Assembly: GCF_009914755.1 (NCBI RefSeq)
Contig: NC_060942.1
Length of the DNA stretch: 64,000 nucleotides
DNA from: the human T2T-CHM13v2.0 reference genome, Homo sapiens
Strand: one strand, 5' to 3'
In this document: positions 1 to 16,000 of the stretch, piece after piece
How positions within the stretch are numbered: position 1 is the stretch's first letter
Layout of the letters: the number at the start of each line of letters is the position of its first letter
Notes under the pieces: model-generated
What the model saw: only the letters and a program-made list of their open reading frames with translations
Told to the model about the DNA's origin: nothing
Database searches by the model: none
Made by a program: the position numbers and the translations under genes

Positions 1-345
1 TTTTCCTGCTCATGTAATCCCAAATATCTTACAAACAGTAAATTTAAATTATTGATGTCAGCAGAAAGTAGCACAGACATAGCTAACCCAAAAGAGTAGT
101 TTATCTTCCACAAAGTCAGGCTTCTTTTTTTTTAATGAGTTATGTGATTTTTTCTTAGATTCAAATCACCATCTTCTCATCTCCTTGCAATAAACTTTGC
201 TTTAGGTAAGCCTGAGATAAGGCTAGGTCACTCATTTGCTTCCCATTTTTTGGACTTTTAAGATTTTACTCAGTGATCTAATTTTGTTTTGAAAAATAAA
301 CTAAAAAGTGCTTTTTAAAAAGAAACCTGACTTACACACACTTTA

Positions 346-660
346 TTTTTTTATATTTTTTTTATACTTTTAAGTTCTAGGATACAGGTGCACAACATGC
401 AGGTTTGTTACATATGTATACATGTGCCATGTTGGTGTGCTGCACCCATTAACTCGTCATTTACATTAGGTATCTCTCCTAATGCTATCCCTCCGCTCCC
501 CGCCCACCACCAAAAGAAACTACCATCAGAGTGAACAGGCAACCTACAGAATGGGAGAAAATTTTTGCAATCTACTCAACTGACAAAGGGCTAATACCCA
601 GAATCTACAAAGAACTCAAACAAATTTACAAGAAAAAAACAACCCCATCAAAAAGTGGGC
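346..660 (-). mobile_element. Short L1PA insertion with 5' inversion
   Basis: 346-510 is an antisense L1 poly(A) tail plus 3'UTR; 511-660 is a sense ORF2 fragment; flanking repeat cacacacttta at 335-345 and 660-670. Confidence 0.88.
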
Positions 661-2024
661 ACACACTTTAAATGTATATTATTTAGTTAACTTATAGGGG
701 AGAGAATAGCTATCTACTTTACAAAAGAATTCTTTACATTACAGAAGAACTTGCTTCCATGAAGAAATACTGTAAGCACAAATCTGCCTAGTGTTTTCAG
801 AGTTTCACTGAAGCATTCGACCTAGGCTCAATGTGCATGGAAAACATTTTTCTTATAAAAGTGAGCCACACCTTTTAAACTGCCATGAATTTCACAATCA
901 ACTCTTGGGAATGGGGAGAGAGGTGGGAGGCAGCCAGGCAGCCATGAAGCGTGCTAAGCTAAGTTTGGTATCGAAAGTTTTCCACCAGAACTGTGTGCCC
1001 AATATGGAATGTCATTGACTGTTCCCTCACATGTTAGCTGTTTTAGGAGATAGTTCTGCTGAGGGCTGAGGGTGGTATAAAGGCTTAAAAAGACTCAGAC
1101 CTTATCAAAAAGACAAAAACAAACCCCAAAACTCTCAATCTAAAGAGAAAAAGGAGATGTGGTGCATAGGTTAATAAAGACCTGAGTCAGAGAGCCCGAT
1201 AAGATATCATCTCCCCAGACCACTAGGATGGGAGGCAGAGGCTGTGATGTGTGCTTCGCCTGTCTTGCGGCTTGCCTTATCCATCTCTGTCTGGATGGAG
1301 TAAGTGCTCAGTTCTCAGCAAAGGACATATTGGAAATGACAGCCTCACTATTGTGAATATAATATGTCATGGCTGACAGATGAAGCGCATTGTAATGGGA
1401 TATAGCTATCAGCCAAGGCTGGAGGAGGCCTTGTTCTCTGGACCTCTTAGAAAGCACTCCTTCTGGGTCCTCCCTGCCCCTTCTCTGCAGCCCAGCTGAG
1501 TGAAGATCTTAAAGCACCATTCCCCCCATTACTCCTGATCCTTTGTTGTGCTTCCCTTTTGTCCACCCTGCACTTTGATTGCTGAGCACTCCCAGCAGGG
1601 CAGACTGCAGCTGAAATGGTAGGAACAATGGGATCAGGCAGTGGTCCAGAGAAGCACTAGGGACTGGGCATGCTTAACTGTATTACTCTCAGCTGGTCTG
1701 CCCTGGGTGTAAGTGAGCAGGCCCCACCTTTCAACTGCTAGGGTGAAATCCACCCTTCTGACAGTCTCATGGCCTTCTCCAAAGGCAGAGTTAATTGAAA
1801 AGTGAAACAATTAGGAGATGGGGAGAACTAACAGTAAAAATTGCATTGAAGGGGAGTTACCTTATAAGCTCCTTTCATCTCTAAGTATTTGGGAAGGATT
1901 TCTTGTTTAGCACGTAAGGCATTTCAGTGTTCCAGTTTCATTAGGAGCCATCATCAAATGACAGATTAGTAGTGTATTGTCTTTTGTGTGCAGCTGTATA
2001 TTTTGCCATGGTAATAGGCACCTC

Positions 2025-2600
2025 ATCCATTTATTTATTTAACAAGCACTTATCGAGAGCTTTCTGGGTGCTTGGCTTTGTAGTAGGCCTTAGGGATAAG
2101 ATGATAAGTCTCTGACCTCAAAGTACTTATAGTCTAGGAAAAGGAGACAGAAAAGTACACAAATAAATGCCACCTAGCAGTACAAAGACTGTGATAGATG
2201 TCTTTATGGGAGGCAGTGGCAAATACAGGAGGTATACAGAGAATAAGAAATTAGGCTGAAGGCAGTGACCGTGTTTGCAGACATGTTGCAATACATAGAT
2301 CATTGATCTCACTATTGACAAAATGAAATACCTGTCGTAAAATGTATGCTTCTTCATTCATTCAGTGGATGTTTATTGAGTGCCTACTGTGTGCCAGGTG
2401 CTCTGCCTAGTACTTCTGTGATGGTGTATACAAGCAAGAAGGGGAGACAGGCATTTAATTCAGTTAGCACACAAATCAAATGTAAAACTAAAACTATGGT
2501 ATGTGCAACAAAGATAAGTTACATGGTTTCATGAAAACTTATAATGGGGGTATTTCTATAAGGTAGGGGTGTCTCCCTGGGATTGAGCTGAAGCCAGAAC
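2025..2600 (-). mobile_element. Degenerate L2 fragments (two 3'-end-like segments)
   Basis: ttcattcattca...tttattgagtgcctactgtgtgccagg at ~2352 and a similar, more degenerate motif at ~2030. Confidence 0.6.
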
Positions 2601-2703
2601 ACGAAAAAAACATTAATTAGGGACTCTGTTAGGTACCAAGAGTAAGATAATGGAACAGCAGAGAAAAAAACGGTAGGAGTTAGGGCCCAAGATCCTGGCC
2701 TAG

Positions 2704-3150
<447 letters not shown>

Positions 3151-3837
3151 ATCCCACTGTTATTTTTAATAATCACCCCCACTAACCTTCAAGGTGCCCC
3201 AGTATGAGTAATCATACACTGATACCCTAAGGAGCAGAGAACTTAGCCTCCAAGAGCTCCTCTAGACCTGTGATCCTGTTAGTAAACACAGAGTGCCAGC
3301 TAATTTCCAAAGCATAAATAGAAACTAGCAATGCCCTGATTCATAAAAGATAAGTAAGTGGCACTTAATATTTTATGCCACGAATAAGATTTCTATGTTT
3401 TTGCTGAAAATGGAATAGCAGCCTATGTCCACAGCAGTAATGCCAGTAAACACCCTCAAGTGGTCGGATTAATTCTCTATATGTTGTTGATGGTGGTGTT
3501 TCTACTATAAGTTGCAAGATGAATTAAAAAATTAAATTGTTTTCTTAATTTTCTCCTGGGTATTTGCAGGCTTCACTTGAGGAAACTATCTCATGATGCT
3601 TACAAAATATTGTAAGTATAAACAGGATTTCACAAAATCAGAGAGGCAGGAAATAACCCTAGGGATTCCAGAAACTAGTGTGAAGGAAATCCTGGTTTCA
3701 TGACTGCATTGAATTGTCCCTGTAATGCTTTATGCCATCTGTGTTTTGACTCTTAACAGGGGCTGTAAGACATGTTTTCCTATAAAGCATAAGTTCTATA
3801 GCTTCAATGAAAAATAGAGATAAAATGAGATATACAA

Positions 3838-3845
3838 AGATAGAT

Positions 3846-3888
<43 letters not shown>

Positions 3889-3900
3889 GATAGATAGATA
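3838..3900. repeat. (GATA)n tetranucleotide microsatellite
   Basis: About 15 GATA units with two GAT interruptions. Confidence 0.97.
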
Positions 3901-5186
3901 TTACCAGCTAAAATTTTCTAAATTCATGAAGCCAGTCATCATATACTTCCTGGAGTGGTTCTTTAATTTACTAATATTTTCTCTGTTTAACAGTTCTTAG
4001 GCTAATGCATCCTGTAAGTTTACTACTTTATGTATAAATTGGGCTTATAATAAACCTTAAGGAATACTACTTTGAACTAGTATCATGGCTTAAAATTCAT
4101 CTGGAACAGTGAAAGCATATTTTTATTAAAAGTAGCTTTAATATCTCCAAACGATGTGTTCACTATCCATTCTCATTGTGGTTTTGTAGACACTGATTAT
4201 GTTGTGCCTCCAGCAACATGTTCAGCTTTTTATTTTAGCTGGAGAGAGTCAGTCCTGAGAAAGATTCTGGAGACATTCCTTTAGAATCAATGTAGGGGAA
4301 ACACAGTTGACAAAGTTTGGAGGAGTGATCTTGAATGACAACTATTTTTTTTTTCCTGACACATTTGTCTAGTAGACTCAAGGTTGCTTTTGAGACTATC
4401 CAAGAGTTTCCTCAAGAAAGCAATAAGTACGTAATACAAAGTTTAAGGATTTCTTTGCATGCTAACCCCCAAACAGAGCAACATTCCTAGAGTCCACAAG
4501 GATTTGAAGGCTTAGGACAATTCTTGTGTGTTTCTTTTCTTCCATTTCTTCTCCGTGCCCTCGATTGGCCCACTTTTTCCCATGCAGGCTTCATACTTCT
4601 CTCCTTAATTCCTCAACCTGGGCTGTTTTTACTGGTTACAGTGGTTCCTGATGAGCTACTTGTACAGAGATGTTGAGCTCTAAGACAAAGTACAAGCTGA
4701 AATGAACTGGAACAGGAGGAAGCGAGGAAAGACATACATTCGAAGAGAAGCAGGGACAGAAATAAGAGACTGTTCGAGTTAGGTGAAAGAACACTGGGAG
4801 TCGGGAATTTCAGATTCTCTCCTGGGATTTGCCATCTTTGGCAGGACTCTCCATTGTTCAGGTCTCAGCTTCTTCACTTGTAAAATAGCATGTAAAAATG
4901 TAAAAAGGCACTGGGCTAAGTGACCTTTGTGTCCCCTCCCTCCTGTCTCTAAAGATTGCATTAAATCAAGGTAGGTCAAGATTCCTGTTATTTAGGGATA
5001 AAAGACAACAATTAAAATGTGCTTACTGATGTTCAAAACCAGTGCAATACATCTTTACTACTGCAATTGAGAAAACCTCTGTAAGACATTCTAAAATTAA
5101 AGGTGGCTGTTCATTTCGGTATTCATTTCCAACTTTCAGATCATTGAGACTTTTGATGTCAAATATTAAGTAGCTTCAACATGCTC

Positions 5187-5239
5187 ATCTTTGTTTCTCT
5201 CTCTCTGTCTCTCTCCCTCTCCACTCCACCCACCCTTAG
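5187..5239 (+). promoter_or_regulatory. SETBP1: 3' splice acceptor of exon 4 with long (CT)n polypyrimidine tract
   Basis: tctttgtttctctctctctgtctctctccctctccactccacccacccttag directly precedes the open frame. Confidence 0.93.
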
Positions 5240-8839
<3,600 letters not shown>

Positions 8840-9688
8840 TGAGTTTGCTGCACATTTTGTACATTGTTTACTTGGTATTTACTATCTTCCTTCTCTCCTG
8901 GAGCCATTGTTTGAGAAACTGTGAAGCCATAACCCTAATAGCTGCCTAGGCTGCAGTCGTGCCCACTATGGTTATGCTTTTTATTAAAGATGCTGTTCTT
9001 AGGTCCTCATCTGATCTAATGGTACAGTTTGCTGTTTGGATACAGCCTCTAAAACTCATTAGGAATACTAATAAGATCCAAGAATGCCAAGCCTGGGAGG
9101 AAATGACTAGCTAATTTATCTGGCATGCCAGCTCCACAAGTCACACATCTAATGTGAGAAGTCTACTGCAGAGCCATTAGAAGCTGATGACCAGTGAATC
9201 CTGAAGTCTAACTCATCAGGTAGCCACAGCCTTGGGCCATATTGTTTCCATTTTTTTTCCATGGGCATTTGATAAGCTGTCCTGGGCAGGTCCCTAAAAT
9301 GAAAACTTGACTACATTCAGATACTTGTCATTTTCGTGCACTAAGTGGAAGGAGGCAGGCTGGAAGGTGATATGTGCCTCCTGCTTCCAGCAGACCTTAT
9401 AACTGTGTCTCTTTGCATGCCCACTAGAAAGGGATTTTGCTCACTAATTTAAACTGAAATGCTGGTTGCTACTAGAAGGATCCTATTCCTTGTCAGTTGC
9501 TGGCAGAATTCCCTTGCCAACCTCCCCAACCACACAAAATCCTTCCCTGCTGTTAGGGCCTCACATTTCTGCAAAAGTATCCCTTTGACCCTGGCCTTAC
9601 ATCATATATGATAAGACCCCTATAAAGACCAGAGCAGTTAGTTATTAGGAAAATAGTAGAAACTTCTTACCTAGGAGTTGCAGAAGCT

Positions 9689-9712
9689 AAAAAAAAAAAA
9701 AAAAAAAAAAAA
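9689..9712 (+). repeat. A24 homopolymer
   Basis: Pure A run with no adjacent Alu or L1 body visible. Confidence 0.9.
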
Positions 9713-10859
9713 CAGTTCTTGTGTTCCCCCTGTTCCCAAATAGTATAAAACCCTCCAGCCAAAGCCTGGCTTTAAAAACCAATCATCCATGTTTAAGGTT
9801 TGGTGTAGCATTTCACTTCTGTTTATGATGTGTACCACTCACCTGTCCTCTCCCTTCCCAGGGAGCCCATATTTCCTGAAGGCAAGAATAGTCTATTCAT
9901 GAAGAATTAGAGACATTTTCTAGGCCAGCAGATTTCAGGAAGAAATATGATTATGAGGTAGAAACCACTTAAAGATCGCCCCAGATTGCCACTAGCCTGT
10001 GAGTTGTAGTGGTAGATGTTCTCCTTGGTTAATGAAGAAACCAATTAGCAGTCACATCTCCTGCATTTACTAAAGGTAATAAATGACCTACACTTTGTGT
10101 CTGCCCAAAGTGGATGTGCTCATCTGGGCTTCATCATTTCTCATCATCAGACTTTGTTGAAGGTGCTTGGTTTTATGCAGAGTGCAGGCTAAGCCCACCT
10201 GGGCAGGAGGTACTACCTTGACCTTGCATGACATGTGAGAAACTGATCTCTTTCAGCATGATGAAACTGATTCATGGGACTTACACTAGCTGTGGACAGA
10301 AGATGTTCTTATTTTTGTAATTTTATGAGCCTTATTTAGCTAGAAAATAATGGTGAGGGGTAATTGTTAAGAACCTACACGCAAAAATCCTAACTTAACA
10401 GACCCAAGGAGCAAGACCTCAAGAAGCTAAAACCAGACGTTGTTGCATGTTAGGTTTCTCAACGATTTTACGAGGATTTGTCTGTGGCCAGGCTGTGTTG
10501 CTGAGTGCTGGTTGACTTCATAAAATTTCCCAGCTGGGGTTCACGTCCAGTCACTGTGTGCCCCCACTCTAGTTATATTGCTTTTCATGTGCTTGCATTT
10601 ATATCGCATTCATCACTTTATTAAAACTCCTCCTCATCCCTGTCCCATCTCATCTCATCTTCAGCCAGCCACTTGAGATGGGAAGAAATAGGTGTCATGA
10701 CAATGTCATGAAAGAAAGCTGGATTCAACCCGAAGAACTGGATACAAGGCCCAACTCTGTTACTAATTCTCCGTGTGCCCTTAGGCATGGGATTCCACTT
10801 CTTTGGGGTACTGTCTGCCCATCTGTAACTCATGGGGTTGGGCCAGACCTCTTGTGTAT

Positions 10860-11055
10860 AGTGTGCTTCCATTCTTAAAGCCATTTCACATAAATTTTTG
10901 TGTAACACCCTTTGTGCAATGTTATTAGACAGGTACTTTTATTCCTATATTACAGATCAGGATACTGAGGCTCAAAGAGATCAAGAGAACTGTCCAGGTT
11001 CAAAAAACCACTGGTTTTGATTCTAAGCCCAGAACTTTGCCTGCTGCACTGAACC
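10860..11055 (-). mobile_element. MIR fragment
   Basis: cctatattacagatcaggatactgaggctcaaagagatcaag MIR core-like motif. Confidence 0.6.
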
Positions 11056-14000
11056 TTGACTGCCTGCCTGCCACCAAGCTAGTGAAAGCTGTGTTTAGAA
11101 CACAGCTCTTGGTGCCCAGTCCAGTGCTCCTCTATGTCACCTCTGCCCTTTCTTTCAGAATCCCATTCATCCTCAGATCACATACCCTTCCCTAAGGCAT
11201 CTGCACAGTGATTGTGTGATGATTACAAAAGAGAATAGTTAAGGAAAGAAGACACTCGTTTATTCAATTCCTGACCAATGTAGAAGGAATCCTTGTGGCC
11301 TTACCTTTTCTGAATATCAGCCTGGAGACACCATGGACAGAGCTTCCACCTCTGTCCTTACTGAAATCCAGCACTCTGAGTTATTTTTGCCACTGCTTTG
11401 TTTCTATCTCTGTCCTCTATGAGGTTATTTTTTCCCAGAACTTTAATGAATCATAATTGTTGGTGGCTGCTACATCTATATGAGCTATGCCTGATGTTCC
11501 TGCATATCTTGTTAAGTTTCTTACTAAGACAGACCAGATTCCCCCTTATTCCCCTCCCTTCCAAGCCTTAGCCTCTCATTGCTTATATCTCGAATGTCTC
11601 CTTCATGGCTGTGCCCCCAAAGCATGAGAGAAAAATATCTTTAGCATCACATAGAATCCAGTGTCAGAGTTTGTCAAGACTCCCTGAAGAGCATTCACCT
11701 TAATGTGATAGACTCTGAAGAGTGCCAAGTTCCATGAAAAGACAGGAGGCAGATGAGATGAAGCTGAGCTTACTAGATGCATTAAGAGCTTTCAGTGACT
11801 TTATCTGAGTGGAGGTGTCTATTCAGCTGGATGGTTCTGAGGGTCATGATTGGAAATAAGCACCTGCACTTTCTACAACTTCTCTCCCTCCACCTTTTCC
11901 TTCATCACACTTGATTCATTTCCTTAGCATCCAAATGTCCTATTTCACATGAGCTATTCTTCTCTAAAATAGATACAGTATAAATATAGATGTCATCCTT
12001 TTTAGCCTGTTGAGGATGAGAATTAGAAGCAGAGTCAAGAGAAGGCTTTGAGTGCTCCCTGAGATCAGAGCTGATGAAAGATACCATCTAAACGTAAGTC
12101 ATTACCATTATGGAGAGAGGAATTAGAGACCCTATTTAGCAATAGCAGCAGTTGCACACTCCATTTCCTTTTTCTTGCTTGGAAAATCTTTCATTCTTTC
12201 TCTCCCTGCCCAGCAGATGGTTGCATTGTCTTGTTAGCCCACTTCTAACATACCTAGGGCTAGGATGCAGTACAGACTTCTGACCATTTTTCTGTATTTT
12301 ACGCCTCCTTTTTTTGGTTTCAGAATGCAGTAGCTCTTTTGGCCTGTTTTCTAAATGCATACCATCTGCTAAATGTCCGTTTATAAAAATGCTTGCCTGG
12401 GACCAGAAAATGGATAAATAGTGAGAAGGTGCAATCTCAGAATTGGTATAAGCCTTATCAGCTCCTATTTGGGCCTGTCTGTCGGCAGGCATTGCCTTCT
12501 CTTGCACACTAACATTTAGCAGAGGGCCAGAAGAGCAAATGCATACTCCAGGGGTGACAATGCATAGTCAGAATGATGCCATGTGCCCTCAAAGCCAAGT
12601 TTTCACAAGGTGGTGGAAGAGTGATGAGTGACATTTTCTATTCAGACCACTTGGAAACAATCTTTGCATACTTTGACCTAAACTTATGCCAGATACTGAG
12701 ACCTCATGACAACTGCTGTTCAAGCTCCTATCAGATAATTAAAAAAAAAAATGAGAAGAGTGAATCTACATGTGTTACCTCTTAGTTTAGTGCCATTGTT
12801 AAGAAGGTAGCCATCCCAAGTCCCCGAATGTTGAGTACTGTCCTCATGATGAGTGGATTCTGAGAACTGATTCTGAGAGCACATTTCAGATATCCAAATT
12901 CTGCCATGTAGGTAGCTGGATTCCCTGGCACCTGGCCCCCTCCACCTCTCCTTGTAGCTTCTTTCTTGCCCTTTGCCAACTCCTCTTATCAGCACTGTGG
13001 AAATTTGAGGAGGCAGTCTCTGCTGTCACTCACTGGCAGGATATGAATGCCCAAGCCAAAAATAATACAAAAACCTCCTCCAAGCAGTCACCCAGATGAG
13101 GGAATTAACCACGTGGATGAAATGTCATGAAAACTATACAAAGGAAATGTTTCAGGATCATTTCCTTAAAATGGAATAAAAGGAAGAAGAGGACTAATGG
13201 GAGGAGAAAATTAAGACCAGGAATAAAGAGAGTAAAACCTGGGAAGCTGATGAAATATAATCTTTTTAACCTTATTCCAAGTCCAATTCTGAGTCCTCTT
13301 GTGGGAGGAAATGAAAGATTAATTAGCTAATGGCTGTTGTGGAGTTCAAGTAGGGTTAGGAAGACCTGTCCAAATCTTATCTCTCACACTAACCAGCTGA
13401 AAGACCTCTTCTGTTTTTTGACTTTCAGTTTTCCAAAATGGGACTATGACCATAAAGGTTCTGACCAGACCTAATAGTTGAAGATTCTAAAAGACTCAAA
13501 TTTATACAATGGAATTTCAATATCTACACCACTCCCCTGCACACATGTACAGGCAGTAGTTACAAAGTAAATATCCAAGTTATTGACCATGTTGACCAAA
13601 TAGTTAGTTGTTCAATGAAGTTTGAAAACAGGTACCACTGGTTGTATATTAATCTATGAGACTCATCCCATTCATCTTTAGCTCCAGCCATTTCACTTAG
13701 CCATTGGATTTCTCCTTTGCGAAAGGTAGAACTCCTAGTGCTTGAGTCCCACTGGCTGAAAACATAGTCACTATCTGAGACACAAATAGGTTAGAACACA
13801 AATATGAACATTTTTATGGGAACAGACAGGGCACACTTGGATTTGTATTTAGACTCAGCATTAAATAAATCTTAATAATGTAGTACAAACATCTCATTTT
13901 GCTGATGAGCACACTGAGGCTTAAGAAGGTCAAGTGACTCATCTAATGATACATATTTAATTGGGTGAAGAGCTCAGACTGGGAAGCTTCACATCAAGGA

Positions 14001-15269
14001 GAAGGGCAGGGAAAGGGAGAGAGAGAGTGAATACAAGAAAAAAACAGAAAGGTGAGTCATGGGAGAGATGTTAAGCTATATGTTTTCCTTTGCTGTGAGC
14101 TGTTGTAAAAGGTAAGCATCTCTTTGACAATCATTTGGTTTCCAGGCTATCTCTGGGGACCCATGTCTGGGACTGGAAATGATCTTTGTGGGCTCTGATG
14201 TAAGTCATTTTTTTTTCCTTTCCTGTCTTAACAATTGCACATACTTATTTTATTGAGCCTCCCAAGTTTCCTCCTAAGGTTTCCTTTTGGAAACCAAGAA
14301 TTAATCAAATTAAATGATATAACCCATAACTTTGTAGCAACGTAACACAAAAAAATAGCTGAGACTCACAGCATATCCTTTGCTACATTGAAATCAGAAA
14401 TGGAGCAATTCTGCCTTTGGAGTTTGAAGTCCCCGAGCCATTTATCTTCCCACAGTTGGCAAATGTTCTCGTGTCCTGGTGAAAGTTTTTATTTTTACCT
14501 CTGTGGGATTGGGAAATTATGCAGATTCAGGTGTGGGTGCAGAGAAGTTACAATTTTGACAGACTTGGCTTTGCTATAATATGGATCCTTTCTTGGCTGG
14601 AGAAATCAGGAAGCATGCCTTTGGAAGGCTGTCACTGGGCAGAGATAAGCAAGGCACCTTTGGAAGGAAACTCCAGAAAACCATCTCCTTACTCTATAAA
14701 AAGAACAAGTGATGAATACTTTTAAAATTGTGGCCTAGGCTTGAGCCAGTATAGCACTTAATCCAAGTTGTCTGAATTCAAGGGAAAATGATAAGGACAA
14801 GACAACATTTTTTAATGATTTATTTAATGCCTAGTATGTATAAGGCTTGTTGCAATCCCAGAAAGAAATCAAAGATGAGTAACTCAATGTTTTTGCCTTC
14901 AAAGAGACTACAATCCAGGAGGACCTCTATAATTTAGGGGAAGAAACCAGCAAGCAGCTCCTCATGTTACAAAGCCAACTGCAAGAGCCATCAGAAAGCC
15001 ACAGAGAAAGAGCAAGGGCTGTCCAAGTGACTTGTGAGCCACTGCTGTGTTCTCAGTGGGGGAGGAGAGGTGGGACCTGGAAATACTCTTCATAGCAGTC
15101 ACCATGTAAGATGGGTCTTGAATGATACAAGACACTTTGGGAGAGTGGAGATGGTAAGGGTGGTCATGAGAGATGGGGTAGGAAGCATGACCTAGAACAG
15201 GAGCCATGCAAACAAAGGTATGTAAGTGGAAACACCCAAGAAATATTTGGGAAAGCATGCATAGTGCAG

Positions 15270-15553
15270 TTTTTTTGTTTCTGTTTTTGAGACAGTCTTA
15301 CTCCATCACCCAGGCTAGACTGCAGTGGTACGATCTCACCTCACTGCCACCTTCACCTCCTGGGTTCATTCTCTTGTCTCAGCCTCCCAAGTAACTAGGA
15401 CTAGGTGCAAGCCCAGCTAATTTTTGTATTTTTAGTAGAGACAGGGTCTCACCATGTTGGCCGGGCTTGTCTTGAACTCCTGACCTCAAGTGATCCTCCC
15501 GCCTCGGCCACCTAAAATGCTGGCATTACAGGCATGAGCCACCGTGACCAGCC
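15270..15553 (-). mobile_element. AluS, antisense
   Basis: Alu dimer; TSD catagtgcagtttt / catagtgccgtttt. Confidence 0.92.
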
Positions 15554-15699
15554 CATAGTGCCGTTTTATTGGGGTTTGGATCTGTAGTTGGGGAACATTG
15601 GCAGATAAAGTGAGGAAAGAATATTGTGGTCAGGGGCTAGAGGGTCTTTTTCCCGTACTCCGAGGCTTGTGCTTAATCAAGCGAGCAGTGGAAAGCCAC

Positions 15700-16000
15700 T
15701 TTTTATTTTATTGTGTTCCATTTTATTTTTAGAGACAGAATATCTGTCACCCAGGATCCTAGCTCACTAAAACCTCCAACTTCTGGGCTCAAGCAATCCT
15801 CCCACCTCAGGCCCCCAAGTAGCTAGGACTACAGGTGTATGCCACCATACCCTGTTAATTTTTGTTTTAATTTTTAATTTTGTAGAGACAGGGTCTCGCT
15901 CTGTTCCCCAGACTGGTCTTGAACTCTTGGGCTCAAGTGATCCTCCCTCCTCCACCTCCCAAAGCGCTGGAATTATAGCTGTGAGCCAGTGTGCCTGGCC
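15700..16000 (-). mobile_element. AluJ, antisense
   Basis: gggctcaagcaatcctcccacctcag J-type motifs; similar flanks aagccactttt / aagctactttt. Confidence 0.88.
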
